Below, in pieces: positions 8,319 through 19,746 of a stretch of 41,188 bases of DNA. Origin of the DNA: Candidatus Sericytochromatia bacterium (GTDB lineage Bacteria; Cyanobacteriota; Sericytochromatia; JACMPN01). The stretch spans positions 1 through 41,188 of the forward strand of contig JACMPN010000146.1 of the NCBI GenBank assembly GCA_014377495.1. Direction: 5' to 3'. Position 1 is the first letter of the stretch. Every line of letters starts with the position of its first letter. A program made the translations under genes and the position numbers. The notes below the pieces were generated by a model. It made no database searches. It was not told the DNA's origin and saw nothing but the letters and a program-made list of their open reading frames with translations.

Positions 8319-9283
8319 TGGGCAGGTACCATCGGGATTCCGGTGAGAGTGGGCTGGGTCCGGCGCTGGCCTTGCGCCGTCAGGGTGACCGTGATCAGGG
8401 TCGTCCAGAGGGCGACGGCCGTGGCCAGGTGTAACCCCGAAAGGAACGGGGGAATAAGCAGGAAGACGTTGACTACGCCCAGTGTGATCTGGGCGAGGAC
8501 CAGGCCGAAAGCCAGGGCCGTGCCCCGACGGATACGGGGATCGGCGCTCTGGCGGGCGATCAGCATCAGCGCCAGGACCAGCCCGGCGACCGTGTAGGCG
8601 CCGAAGCGATGGATCACCTGCAGGCCGACCGCCCCACCCATCGGCGGGAAGAGCATCCCGTTGCAGAGCGGCCAGTCGGGACAGGCGAGGGCGGCGTAGT
8701 GGCTGGAGACGGCCACACCCAGGAGGGCCTGACCGTAGACGGCGATCACACTGAGCAGGGAGAGCGTCCAGACGCCGGCCGGGATGGCGGGTCGCCCACC
8801 CATCGGGCCGTCCGGCGTGGGTTGCTGGTGGCGCTGCATCTGCAAGGTGGTGACGAGCAGGCAGCCATAGAAAGCGAGGGCGGTGCCGAGGTGGAGAAAC
8901 ACCCACTCGGGCTTGAGGAGTTTTTCGACGGTCAGCTTGCCCAGGATGATCTGGACGAAGATGAGCAGGACCGACGTGCCGAGGATCGCCCCGTAGCGGG
9001 CCCTGAATGCCGGGACAAGGAGCACCCAGCCCGTGAGGACCAGAAAAATCGTGCTCACTGTTGCGGCCGCCAGGCGGTGGAACCATTCAAGAAAGACCAG
9101 GCTATTCATGGGTGGGATCCACTGGCCGAAACACTTGGGCCAGTCCGGACACGCCAACCCGGCCCCGTAGGCCCGGGTCAGCCCGCCCAGAAAAATAAGC
9201 AGGAACGTGAGGACGGTGAGCCCAAGGCTCAGCTGGGTCAACCACTTTGGTTGTTCCAACGCCCGCACGATCCTGCTCATCAT
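8315..9283 (-). CDS. ctaA: Heme A synthase (COX15/CtaA)
   Basis: Polytopic protein with paired Cys/His motifs in both halves (GLACPDWPKC ... FHR; ALACPDWPLC ... IHRF). Confidence 0.9.
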   Translation of the reverse strand: MMSRIVRALEQPKWLTQLSLGLTVLTFLLIFLGGLTRAYGAGLACPDWPKCFGQWIPPMNSLVFLEWFHRLAAATVSTIFLVLTGWVLLVPAFRARYGAILGTSVLLIFVQIILGKLTVEKLLKPEWVFLHLGTALAFYGCLLVTTLQMQRHQQPTPDGPMGGRPAIPAGVWTLSLLSVIAVYGQALLGVAVSSHYAALACPDWPLCNGMLFPPMGGAVGLQVIHRFGAYTVAGLVLALMLIARQSADPRIRRGTALAFGLVLAQITLGVVNVFLLIPPFLSGLHLATAVALWTTLITVTLTAQGQRRTQPTLTGIPMVPAQ

Positions 9284-9298
9284 GATTTGCCGCCTCTA

Positions 9299-10879
<1,581 letters not shown>

Positions 10880-10885
10880 GCTTCG

Positions 10886-12031
10886 TTACCTTTCTTTGGC
10901 GACTTGGTCAGGGGTGACCACGCCGGCCTTGTTACCCCAAGCGTTGCGCTCGTAGGTCAAGACTGCGGCGATCTCACGATCGCTGAGCACGTCTTTCCAG
11001 GCCGGCATCACGCCGTTGTAGGATTGGCCCTTGACCTTGATGGCGCCGTTCAGACCGTTCAGCACGATCTTGATGTGTTCTTCCGGCTTGCCGGTGACCT
11101 GTTCGGCCCCAACCAGCGGCGGGAACGCCCCTGCTATGCCCTCGCCTGTGGGCTGGTGGCAGCTGGCGCAGCGGGCGCCGTAGACTTTTTCGCCTTCCTT
11201 CTGGAGGGTGGCGAGATCGACCGGGAGATTCTTCGTGTCCTTATCGCCCTGGGTCAGAGAGGCGATCGGTTGGCCCTTGCGCCAGATTTCCCAGTCGGCG
11301 TCGGAGACAGCCTTGACGGAGATGTACATCTTGGCGTGCATGGTGCCGCACAGTTCGGCGCACTGGCCGTGATAGAGGCCGGGCTTCTCGACCTTGAACC
11401 AGGCCTGGTTGATCCGGCCGGGGACGGAGTCGATCTTGAAGCCGAACTGGGGGACGAACCAGGAATGGATGACGTCCTCAGCTGTCAGGTTCAACCGGAT
11501 CACTTTGCCGACCGGGACGACGAGCGGGGTCTTGTTGCCGTCGTTGGCCATGATCTGGACTTTGTGATCCGGCAGCCGGTACTCCCAGTACCACTGGTGA
11601 CCGATGACCTCGACGTTCAGCCCGTCGGGATCCTGCGGGATCGACTCTTGGTAGGCGATGACATGGTAGGTCGGGATGGCGATACCGATGAGGATGGCCG
11701 CCGGCAGCGCCGTCCAGAGGATCTCCAGACCGGTGTGGTGGTTAAAGTTCATCGGCTGGCGGTTTTCGCCGGGCCGCTTGCGGAAGCGGACCATCACGTA
11801 GCCCATCAGGCACATGACCAGGATGAAAATCCCGATCGTGATGTAGGTGATCAGATGGTAGAGGTCCTTGATCATGTGACCGACCGGGGTCACCATCTGG
11901 GGCATCAGGTCCGCATCTAGGGTTTGCCAGTCTTTCCCCTCGGCCAGCGCCGGTAAGGCGCTGAGCACGGAGATGAGACTGGCGGTCGCCCAAAGCCCAA
12001 TACGTGATCGGGTCTGGCGTAAGTTCTCCAT
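10886..12031 (-). CDS. ctaC: Cytochrome c oxidase subunit II with fused C-terminal cytochrome c domain (caa3-type)
   Basis: CuA site HSWFVPQF ... CAELCGTMHAKM. C-terminal CASCH heme-c motif with a distal Met region. Start is placed at MENLRQ (residue 58 of the track ORF) because GGAGG lies 5 nt upstream and a signal-like N-terminus follows. Confidence 0.92.
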   Translation of the reverse strand: MENLRQTRSRIGLWATASLISVLSALPALAEGKDWQTLDADLMPQMVTPVGHMIKDLYHLITYITIGIFILVMCLMGYVMVRFRKRPGENRQPMNFNHHTGLEILWTALPAAILIGIAIPTYHVIAYQESIPQDPDGLNVEVIGHQWYWEYRLPDHKVQIMANDGNKTPLVVPVGKVIRLNLTAEDVIHSWFVPQFGFKIDSVPGRINQAWFKVEKPGLYHGQCAELCGTMHAKMYISVKAVSDADWEIWRKGQPIASLTQGDKDTKNLPVDLATLQKEGEKVYGARCASCHQPTGEGIAGAFPPLVGAEQVTGKPEEHIKIVLNGLNGAIKVKGQSYNGVMPAWKDVLSDREIAAVLTYERNAWGNKAGVVTPDQVAKER

Positions 12032-12496
12032 TACGACCTCCATGGCGCTGGATCGGTTGTAGCTACAGGTGCGGCAAAGGCCGGACTGCCGAAGTACAGG
12101 ACCAAGCGCAGAGAAACGGTTCCACTCTTCATGAAACCCGCATTCTCCTTGCTTGCCTCGGCAATTTAATGATTCGTTTATCCGCGCTAACGGCTTCGCC
12201 ACGCCAATCGTGGATCAACCGCGCAAGCGCAGTCACGGACAGTGACGTTATAACCCAAGTTTGGCCCCGGTTTCGTAAAGATGTGTTGCTGAGGCACGGG
12301 TCTCGCCCTTGCCAAGAGCTGGTTCGCGACGTTTTGCCAGGGGCAATCCGGCTCTCTCCCGGGGGCCTGGCTTGGATCGTTGCCAAGGATGGGGCCGGGC
12401 GCTGCGTTCGGGGGACACCAGAGCGCAGCTGTTCGAATAACGCCCTTCCCCTTGGTGCAGAACCTGCTGGAGGAGCGCACTGATGGCGCTACCGGG

Positions 12497-13726
12497 TTAA
12501 AACAGCAGGCGCTGTCGGCGCATGGCGATGCCCTGGATCAGGCCCAATGCCAGGGCATTGGCGAGCAGCGTGGAACCGCCGTAGGAGATGAGCGGCAGGG
12601 GGATCCCGGTGACTGGCATGATCCCTGTCGTCATCCCGATGTTGACGAAGACATGGAAGGCGAACATGGCGGTGACGCCAATGGCCAGCAGTGAGCCGAA
12701 GTCGTCTTTGGCCTGGGAGGAGATGACCAGGCAGCGCCAGAAGATGATCGCAAAAAGCACGACGAGGACGCACCCGCCGACGAAGCCCCATTCCTCGCCG
12801 ATGGCGGAGAAGATAAAGTCGGTCTGCTGCTCGGGGATGAAATGCAACTGGGTCTGGGTGCCGTGCAGCCAGCCCTTGCCCCAGAGGCCGCCGGAGCCGA
12901 TGGCGATCTTCGACTGCGTCAGATGGTAGCCGGCCCCCAAAGGGTCCCGTTCGGGGTCCAGGAAGATCGTCAGCCGGTTGCGCTGGTATTCCTTGAGCAG
13001 GCTCCATGCCAGGGGGATGGACAGGCCCCCGAGGAGGTTGACGATCCAGACGCCGATGGCCTGGCCGCGATGACGCAGCCGCCAGGCGAGCAGGCCGCCC
13101 AGGCCCAGCAGGTAAAGGATCCAGAGCGGGAAGTTCAGTGCATGCAGGATGGCGCTGACGAGCGGGCTGATGAGCATCGCCAGGATCCAGCCGTCGAGAC
13201 CGGCGCCCCAGAGCATGGCCAGCAGGATGGCGAGCAGGACCAGGCTGGTGCCCAGATCGGGTTGCTTGAAGATCAGCAGCCAGGGGATGCCGACGTGGAT
13301 GGCGACGGGGATGAGATCCAGGAGCTTTTGGGGTGGTTTGGCGGTGAGGGCGTAGGCCAGCGTGATGATCAGGAGGACCTTGGCGAACTCGGAAGGTTGC
13401 AGCGAAAAGCTGCCGATGCGGATCCAGCGCTGGGCGCCCAGCGCCGAATGGCCACCGACCATGACGGCGATGAGCAGGCCGAGATTCAGGGCGTACAACG
13501 GCTTGATCAGGTTTTTCAGCCAGGTGTAGTCCATGAACAGCATGACGAGGAAACCCACCGCCATGGGACCGGACCAGATCAGTTGCTGGTGCCAGAAGGT
13601 GATGCCGCTGCGGTGGTGGGTGACCGAATAGATGGCCGCCACACCGGCCCCATACAGGGCCAGCACGGCAGCCATCAGCAGCCAATCGAAGTTGCGGCCG
13701 AGCCGCAGCAGGTGAGACCAGTTCAT
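12497..13726 (-). CDS. rodA: SEDS-family peptidoglycan glycosyltransferase RodA
   Basis: 409-aa polytopic FtsW/RodA/SpoVE-type sequence (IGSGGLWGKGW, PVTGIPLPLISYGGS), in the same gene string as PBP2. Confidence 0.9.
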   Translation of the reverse strand: MNWSHLLRLGRNFDWLLMAAVLALYGAGVAAIYSVTHHRSGITFWHQQLIWSGPMAVGFLVMLFMDYTWLKNLIKPLYALNLGLLIAVMVGGHSALGAQRWIRIGSFSLQPSEFAKVLLIITLAYALTAKPPQKLLDLIPVAIHVGIPWLLIFKQPDLGTSLVLLAILLAMLWGAGLDGWILAMLISPLVSAILHALNFPLWILYLLGLGGLLAWRLRHRGQAIGVWIVNLLGGLSIPLAWSLLKEYQRNRLTIFLDPERDPLGAGYHLTQSKIAIGSGGLWGKGWLHGTQTQLHFIPEQQTDFIFSAIGEEWGFVGGCVLVVLFAIIFWRCLVISSQAKDDFGSLLAIGVTAMFAFHVFVNIGMTTGIMPVTGIPLPLISYGGSTLLANALALGLIQGIAMRRQRLLF

Positions 13727-13748
13727 GTGGCTCTCAGTCGACCGTGAC

Positions 13749-14075
13749 TCAGGTGCTGAGGTCGGCGGCGGCGGGTGCCTCGGCCTGGACGACGGCGTCG
13801 TCCACCCGTTTCTCGCGGACCTTGCGGATCGGGATGTTGGCGATCAGGGCCACCGAGCCGTCTTCCTTTTCGAGGTTGACTTCCAGGGCGTCCTGGTCGA
13901 TCTCCACGTACTTGGAGAGCACGGCGATCATGTCCTGCCGCATCTGTTCCAGCATCAGGCTGGGGATGTCGGTGCGGTCATGGAGCAGGACCAGCCGCAG
14001 CCGGTCCTTGGCGGTCGAGCGGGACGGGCTCTGGCGATTGAAAATGCGATCAATGAAACTGGCTAACACAGGCAT
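13749..14075 (-). CDS. minE: Cell division topological specificity factor MinE
   Basis: N-terminal membrane-targeting and MinD-contact region (SFIDRIFNRQSPSRSTAKDRLRLVLLHDR). Lies directly after minD. Confidence 0.93.
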   Translation of the reverse strand: MPVLASFIDRIFNRQSPSRSTAKDRLRLVLLHDRTDIPSLMLEQMRQDMIAVLSKYVEIDQDALEVNLEKEDGSVALIANIPIRKVREKRVDDAVVQAEAPAAADLST

Positions 14076-14084
14076 CGATCCTCC

Positions 14085-14888
14085 CTATTTCCCAACCGCG
14101 AAGAGCTTTTTGAACATCCCCAGGACGCCAGTGCTCTTGGTTTGGAAGGTCATGAACGGCACGTCCTCGCCTTGGAGGCGACGGGCGATGTTCCGGTAAG
14201 CCTGGCCGGCGATGGAGTGCGCCATCAAGACGGCAGGCTCGCCCTTGTTCGTGCTGACGATGATCGACTCGTCGTCGGGGATGACGCCGATCAGCTTGAT
14301 CGCCAGGATGTCCTGGACGTCCTCGACGCTCATCATGTCGTCTTTCTGGATCAGGTTGGGCCGGATCCGGTTGACGATCAGGTACTTGTCGGTGATCTCG
14401 GCCGCTTCGAGCAGGCCGATGATCCGGTCGGCGTCACGCACCGAGCTGACCTCGGGGTTGGTGACGACGATGGCCTCGTGGGCGCCGGCGATGGCGTTCT
14501 GGAAGCCCTGCTCGATGCCGGCCGGGCAGTCGATCAGCACGATCGTGAACTCTTCGAGCAATTGGGCGATGAGGACCTTCATCTGTTCGGGGCTGACGGC
14601 CGATTTGTCCCGGGTCTGGGCGGCGGGCAGCAACGCCAGGTTGGGCTCGCGCTTGTCGCGGATCAGGGCCTGCCGCAGCTTGCAGCGGCCTTCGACCACG
14701 CTGACCAGATCGTAGACGATCCGGTTTTCGAGGCCCAGCAACAGGTCCAGGTTGCGCAAGCCGATATCGGCATCCACCAGGCAGACCTTCTCGCCGTTTT
14801 TGGCGAGGGCCATCCCCAGGTTGGCGCTGGTGGTCGTCTTGCCCACCCCTCCCTTGCCGGAGGTAACGACGATGACTCGTCCTGCCAT
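14085..14888 (-). CDS. minD: Septum site-determining ATPase MinD
   Basis: Deviant Walker A SGKGGVGKTT and the DADIGLRNLD switch. C-terminal amphipathic helix (GMFKKLFAVGK). Confidence 0.97.
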   Translation of the reverse strand: MAGRVIVVTSGKGGVGKTTTSANLGMALAKNGEKVCLVDADIGLRNLDLLLGLENRIVYDLVSVVEGRCKLRQALIRDKREPNLALLPAAQTRDKSAVSPEQMKVLIAQLLEEFTIVLIDCPAGIEQGFQNAIAGAHEAIVVTNPEVSSVRDADRIIGLLEAAEITDKYLIVNRIRPNLIQKDDMMSVEDVQDILAIKLIGVIPDDESIIVSTNKGEPAVLMAHSIAGQAYRNIARRLQGEDVPFMTFQTKSTGVLGMFKKLFAVGK

Positions 14889-14924
14889 GTGTCCTGTGTC
14901 TCCTTAGGTCTGCTTAGTGTCGAT

Positions 14925-15620
14925 TTAGCCGATGAGGTTGCGGTTGCGCAGCGGCGCAATGTGGATCTCGCCACCCGAAACCCAGGCATACTCCGGATGA
15001 TACGTCAGCGGCGGGTCTCCGTGGTCGGGACTGCGGGCAATGTAGCCGGCGATCCGCAGCTGCGTGGGGCGCAGGTTGATGGCGGTGATCTGAGCGCTCT
15101 CGTCCCCCTTGGCGCCGGCGTGAGCCACGCCCCGCAGGGTGCCGAGGACGACGATGTCACCTGTGGCGACCACCTCGCCGCCGGGATTGACGTCGCCGCT
15201 GATGACGACCGTCCCGTCGTGGCGCATGATCTGGCCGCTGCGCAGGGTCTGGCGCAGATACAGGGCGTTGTTCTGGTAGTTGCGGCTGGCCGGGGCTTCG
15301 GGCTCTGGCTTCGCTTCCGGCTCGGAAATCAGGCCCATCTGGGTGGCGATCGTCCGGGTCTTGGCATCCTGGGCGAACAGCGCCGTCAGCTGCAGTTGGT
15401 AGCGCTTGTTGAGCATTTCCTGAAGGCGTTTGATCTGGGGCTCGTCGAGGACATGCGCCCCGACGTCGACCTGGGTCACGGCACCCTGCCAAAACTCCCG
15501 GGCGGCGTCCAGCTGGTCGCCCAGCACACGCACCAACTCATTCCATGGCGCTTCCGAGGGCAGCATGATCAGCAGCCCGTCCTTCGTCCCTTTGACGACC
15601 ACTTTGTGGGCCACCGGCAT
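14925..15620 (-). CDS. minC: Septum site-determining protein MinC
   Basis: C-terminal beta-helix repeats (GDVNPGGEVVATGDIVVLGTLRGVAHAG). Start is at MPVAHK (residue 39 of the track ORF), with gggag upstream. Confidence 0.9.
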   Translation of the reverse strand: MPVAHKVVVKGTKDGLLIMLPSEAPWNELVRVLGDQLDAAREFWQGAVTQVDVGAHVLDEPQIKRLQEMLNKRYQLQLTALFAQDAKTRTIATQMGLISEPEAKPEPEAPASRNYQNNALYLRQTLRSGQIMRHDGTVVISGDVNPGGEVVATGDIVVLGTLRGVAHAGAKGDESAQITAINLRPTQLRIAGYIARSPDHGDPPLTYHPEYAWVSGGEIHIAPLRNRNLIG

Positions 15621-15844
15621 GCCACTCCCTAACTGCGTTGTCGTGCGACTAGTTTGCTGCGGTCTGCGTGCGCCGGATCCCCAGGAGCAGGTAAAGCCTG
15701 TCGGCAGATCGTCCCCCCTGAACGGGGGGCACAACCGCCAGCCTGGCGGCTCGGACCCAATTCACACGCCGGGTCATTGTACCACCCTTGGGGATCGGCT
15801 GAGCGCATCAAGGTGAATATGGGAGGTTGCCTCCCATGGGGCCG

Positions 15845-17647
15845 TCAGGGCGTGACCGGCTTTTTCGCCTCCGGGGGCTTGGGCGGTGGGATCAGCACCT
15901 CGATCATCGTCTTGGCGATCGGGCCGGCTGTCGACGCACCCCAGCCACCGTTTTCGACAAAAACGGCGATGGCGATCCTCGGCTTGTGCATCGGGGCCAA
16001 GGCCACCATCCAGGCGTGGTCCTTGCGGGGCGGATCCTGCGCCGTGCCCGTCTTGGCGCCGACGACGATGTCGGGCCGGGCCAGGATGCCCGAGGTGCCG
16101 TACTTGACGGAGCCGATCATTCCCCTGTTCAGCATGTCCATCGTCAACGGTTTGATGGTGACGTGGTTCTGGACCTCGTGCTTGAGCATCTGCTTGGTGG
16201 CGCCGTTCGGCTGGCGGATCGACTTGACCAGTTCCGGTTTCAGCACGTCGCCGCCATTGCCCAGGGCCACCATCATCCGGGCCGCCTGCAATGGTGTCAC
16301 CTGGTTGAAGCCCTGACCGATGGCCGAATTGGCACTGTCACCGGCGTACCAGTCTTCCTTGATGTACTTCTTTTTCCAGGCCCGGTCGGGGATGTGGCCG
16401 TCCGCCTCGCCCGGCAGGCTGATCCCCGTCGCCGTACCCAGCCGGAAGGCATCCGCCCAGAGCTTGATCGGGCCGATGCCCGTGCGCAGGCCGATTTCAC
16501 TGTAGGCCGTGTTCACGGAATAGGCGAAGGCCTGCTCGATGTTCACAGCGCCGTGGGCCTCATGATCATGCATGACCATGCCGCCGATGCGCAGGTAACC
16601 CGTCGACATCCACAGGCTGCTCGGCGTGACGACGCCCGTTTCGGCACCGGCGATCGTGGTGACGATCTTGAAGGTGGAGCCCGGCGGGTAGGCGTTCAGG
16701 GCCCGGTTGTGGAAGGGATGGTCCTGCGCCTGGACTTCTTTCCAGTCCTTGGGACTGATCGTGCCGGTGAACAGGTTGGGGTCGTAATCGGGTTTGGAGG
16801 CCATTGCCAGCACTTCGCCGGTGTTCACGTCCATGACGATGACGGCGCCTTTTTGACCTTCGAGGTGCTTTTCGGCCGCCTTCTGCAAATCGAAATCCAC
16901 GGACAGGACGAGGTGGGTGCCCTGGACGGGTTCCTCGACCTTGAACTGCCGGATCGTCCGGCCCCGGGCGTCGACCTCCATATAGGTGCCGCCGTCCTGG
17001 CCGCGCAGTGTCTCGTCGTAGATCCTCTCCAGGCCCGCCTTGCCCATGATGTCGCCGGACTTGTAGCCTTTCGGGGCCCGGGTCTCCAGTTCCTTTTGGG
17101 TGATCTCGCCTGTGTAGCCGAGGACGTGGGCGGCCAGTCGGCCGTGGGGATAGAACCGGACGGCTTCCTGGCTGATGCCGATGCCGGGGAACTTGGTCTG
17201 GTTTTCCAGCAATTGGGCGATCGTCTGGTCGTCCACGTCCCGTTTCAGGTAGATCGGGTACGGCGACTGGAATCCGGCGGCGGCCACTTTGCGGGCGATG
17301 TCTTCGGCGGGGAGGGCCAGCAGCTCTTCCAGGCGCTGGTAGACCTCGTCGGCGGATTTTTTGTCGAGCTTCGTCGGGTGCAGTGTCACCGAATAGGAAA
17401 AGCGGCTGCCCGCCAAAAGGCGGCCTTTGCGGTCGTAGACGTTGCCCCGGGAGGCGGGGATGGGCACGATCCGCAGGCGGTTGCCCTCGGAACGTTGCAG
17501 GAGCTGGGGGTGGATCACCAGTTGCAGGTAGGCCAGTCGGGCGATCAGCCCGGCCATCGCCAGGCCGCAGACGATCCCCAGAGCGATGAGCCGGACGGGG
17601 AGCAGGGCCCGCAGCGGCGGTCCGGGGCGCGAGAGGTGGGAGTCCAC
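15845..17647 (-). CDS. mrdA: Penicillin-binding protein 2 (elongasome transpeptidase)
   Basis: N-terminal anchor plus a transpeptidase domain with STFK, SVN and KTGTA motifs. Confidence 0.93.
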   Translation of the reverse strand: MDSHLSRPGPPLRALLPVRLIALGIVCGLAMAGLIARLAYLQLVIHPQLLQRSEGNRLRIVPIPASRGNVYDRKGRLLAGSRFSYSVTLHPTKLDKKSADEVYQRLEELLALPAEDIARKVAAAGFQSPYPIYLKRDVDDQTIAQLLENQTKFPGIGISQEAVRFYPHGRLAAHVLGYTGEITQKELETRAPKGYKSGDIMGKAGLERIYDETLRGQDGGTYMEVDARGRTIRQFKVEEPVQGTHLVLSVDFDLQKAAEKHLEGQKGAVIVMDVNTGEVLAMASKPDYDPNLFTGTISPKDWKEVQAQDHPFHNRALNAYPPGSTFKIVTTIAGAETGVVTPSSLWMSTGYLRIGGMVMHDHEAHGAVNIEQAFAYSVNTAYSEIGLRTGIGPIKLWADAFRLGTATGISLPGEADGHIPDRAWKKKYIKEDWYAGDSANSAIGQGFNQVTPLQAARMMVALGNGGDVLKPELVKSIRQPNGATKQMLKHEVQNHVTIKPLTMDMLNRGMIGSVKYGTSGILARPDIVVGAKTGTAQDPPRKDHAWMVALAPMHKPRIAIAVFVENGGWGASTAGPIAKTMIEVLIPPPKPPEAKKPVTP

Positions 17648-17841
17648 AGCGTCCTTTCCCGGTGAGGGGTCTAACCGTCGGCTGATTGCCAGGCCGGAGG
17701 TGACGCCGGCAGCCCCGCCAACGGCGGAAACTGGCTTTTGACGTTGGCCTGCGAGCCTCTTATACTGCGATGACTTGCCCCGTCGACGCCGTAAGGGCGC
17801 ACGAAGCCGTCAGCACCAGCATTATAGGGTCTTGCCACACG

Positions 17842-18201
17842 ATGTTGAAATCGCTCGTACTCCTACTCATCGGCGTCCTGCTGGGTATCGTCGGCCAACT
17901 CAGTCTCAAATCAGGCATGAAGGTCGTCGCCTCCGTCGGTGGCGGGGCCGTCCCCATGCTGATGCATGCCGCCCTGAATCTCAACGTGATCATCGGGATC
18001 GCCTGCTACGGATTCAGCATGATTTTCTGGCTGCTGGTGATCAGCAAGCTCGATCTGAGCCTCGCGTATCCGATGCTCGGCATCAGCTACATCGGCGTCG
18101 TCTTCGCCAGCTGGTGGTGGCTCGGCGAGGCGATCAGCCCCATGCGCTGGGCCGGCACGCTGGTCATCTGCCTTGGTGTCTATCTGGTCGCCCGCTCCTA
18201 A
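17842..18201 (+). CDS. Small EamA/SMR-like 4-TM membrane protein (ArnE/ArnF-like)
   Basis: 119 aa from MLKSLVLLLIG with four hydrophobic helices. Resembles half-size EamA proteins. The start was chosen at the first helix (residue 25 of the track ORF). Confidence 0.6.
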   Translation: MLKSLVLLLIGVLLGIVGQLSLKSGMKVVASVGGGAVPMLMHAALNLNVIIGIACYGFSMIFWLLVISKLDLSLAYPMLGISYIGVVFASWWWLGEAISPMRWAGTLVICLGVYLVARS

Positions 18202-18326
18202 GGGGTGGTCTGGGGGGCGTCTGGTCAGACCGACCGCGTTGTCGAACCCGCCTAAGCTCCAGACGGAGCTGCTGTCGGGTGTCTCCCAGTATCCGGCCCG
18301 CCCAAGCGCCTCCCAGACCACCCCTT
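18200..18326. other. Long-range inverted repeat enclosing about 85-95 nt in a convergent intergenic region
   Basis: aaggggtggtctggg (18200-14) is perfectly complementary to cccagaccacccctt (18312-26). The stem extends to about 21 bp with two G:U pairs (18215-20 / 18306-11). An inner hairpin agctcc-agac-ggagct lies at about 18255-18270. Confidence 0.5.
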
Positions 18327-18347
18327 GCCTACGTGGGCTGACCCTTT

Positions 18348-19268
18348 TTAAGTGCCCGTCACCACGGGCGTCGTCGGATCGTTGCCCCACTCCGCCCAGG
18401 AGCCGGCGTAGTTCTTGACGTTGGGATACCCGAGCAGGCGTAACACCCAGTAGGTGACGGCCGCCCGTGAGCCGCTCTGGCAATGGCTGATGACGGTCCG
18501 GTCCGGCGTGACGCCTTTGCGTAAATACAGAGTCCGCAACCGCTCCGGGTCTCCGAGGCGGGGCCCGTCAAAGTTCGTCTGCCAGTCGATGTTCACTGCC
18601 CCGGGCATGTGGCCCCCTCGGGCGGCCCGCACGTCGGAGCCGGCATGTTCGGCAGCACTGCGGGTATCGACCACCACGCTGTGGGGATCGCCGAGGGCGA
18701 CGATGCAGCCGGCCATCGTCTGCAAACGGCCCAGTTCCACCTTCGTCTGGAAGGGGCTGGCCCCGATCCTGGTCGGGACGGTCGTCATCCCACCCGCCAC
18801 GGATTGCCAGCCTTGCAGGCCACCGTCCAGGACAGCGACCTGGCTGCGTCCGAGCAGCTCCAACGTCCAGAACAAACGGGGGGCTGCCGTATCGCCACCT
18901 TTGTCATAGAGGATGACCCGTTTGTGCGTGCCGATCCCACTCGCACTGACCACTGCCGTCAGCCGGGCCACGGTGGTCGCTGCCGTCTCGGTGGGATCGG
19001 TCAACAACTGCGTCAGGGGCAGGCTGATCGCCCTCGGGATATGCCCCTGGGCATAGGCCTCGGCACTGCGGGCATCGACAACGATCAGGTCTGGCGACGA
19101 CAGGTGCGTCTTGAGCCAGGCAGCGGACACGACGAGGTCGGGTTGCGCAAAGCCGGGTGTGGCGGCAGTGGCTGCCAGCACGGGCACGGTCATGCCCAAT
19201 ATCACCGTCAGCCCGGAGGCCACAATCAGCCCGCCGCACCGGCGGGTCACATGCCGCTTCGTCATCAT
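18348..19268 (-). CDS. Tandem-rhodanese sulfurtransferase (thiosulfate/3-mercaptopyruvate type), probably exported
   Basis: Two rhodanese modules. Catalytic loop CQSGSRAA is in the C-terminal module. The N-terminus has an RR-containing signal-like sequence (TRRCGGLIVASGL...AATAA). Confidence 0.88.
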   Translation of the reverse strand: MMTKRHVTRRCGGLIVASGLTVILGMTVPVLAATAATPGFAQPDLVVSAAWLKTHLSSPDLIVVDARSAEAYAQGHIPRAISLPLTQLLTDPTETAATTVARLTAVVSASGIGTHKRVILYDKGGDTAAPRLFWTLELLGRSQVAVLDGGLQGWQSVAGGMTTVPTRIGASPFQTKVELGRLQTMAGCIVALGDPHSVVVDTRSAAEHAGSDVRAARGGHMPGAVNIDWQTNFDGPRLGDPERLRTLYLRKGVTPDRTVISHCQSGSRAAVTYWVLRLLGYPNVKNYAGSWAEWGNDPTTPVVTGT

Positions 19269-19322
19269 GGTGGTCTCCTCATCTGGGCAACGTCAGGAGT
19301 CGCTGCCACGCGGTATCGATCC

Positions 19323-19745
19323 CTAGGGCTTTTTTACCATGTCGGTGGGTCGGATATGCGGTTCGATCGCCAGCAAATGAGGATCCAGGATCACCCACAG
19401 CTCGGCCAGCCGGTCCAGCTGCCCATCCAGGTGCAGATAGCCGATCAACGCTTCGAAAGCCGTCGCATAGCGGTAGTCGAACAGGTCTTTGCGTTTGGCG
19501 GACGTCTTGGCGTTGCGGCCACGCCGGACGATGTCGGCTTCGTCGTCGGTCAGATGCGGCTGGATGATCGTCAGCAACTCTGCCTGGCGCTCCGCCCGGA
19601 CCCGGGACACCGTCTGCCGGTGCAACGTCTCGATGCGGGGCCACACGGGCAACAGCAGGATGCGCACGTGCGATTCGAACACCCCGTCGCCGATGTAGGC
19701 GAGGAGCTGCGGCGCGAGCATATGCGGAGCGATGGAAGTTGCCAT
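19323..19745 (-). CDS. mrnC: Mini-ribonuclease 3 (Mini-III, 23S rRNA maturation)
   Basis: RNase III-like catalytic signature (LAYIGDGVFE ... ATAFEALIGYL) without a dsRBD, about 140 aa. Start is 1 nt after the cysS stop. Confidence 0.85.
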   Translation of the reverse strand: MATSIAPHMLAPQLLAYIGDGVFESHVRILLLPVWPRIETLHRQTVSRVRAERQAELLTIIQPHLTDDEADIVRRGRNAKTSAKRKDLFDYRYATAFEALIGYLHLDGQLDRLAELWVILDPHLLAIEPHIRPTDMVKKP

Positions 19746-19746
19746 G

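Noticed and set aside
8319-9086. N-terminal 256-aa extension of the ctaB ORF (track ORF 7407..9086)
   Set aside because: The extension lies entirely inside ctaA in another frame and is Pro/Arg/Gly-rich. The UbiA-family sequence begins at MIETPAIS, whose ATG forms an ATGA overlap with the ctaA stop.
12032-12202. Upstream 57-codon extension of ctaC
   Set aside because: It has no signal or TM character. The internal Met at 12031 has GGAGG 5 nt upstream and is followed by a proper signal peptide.
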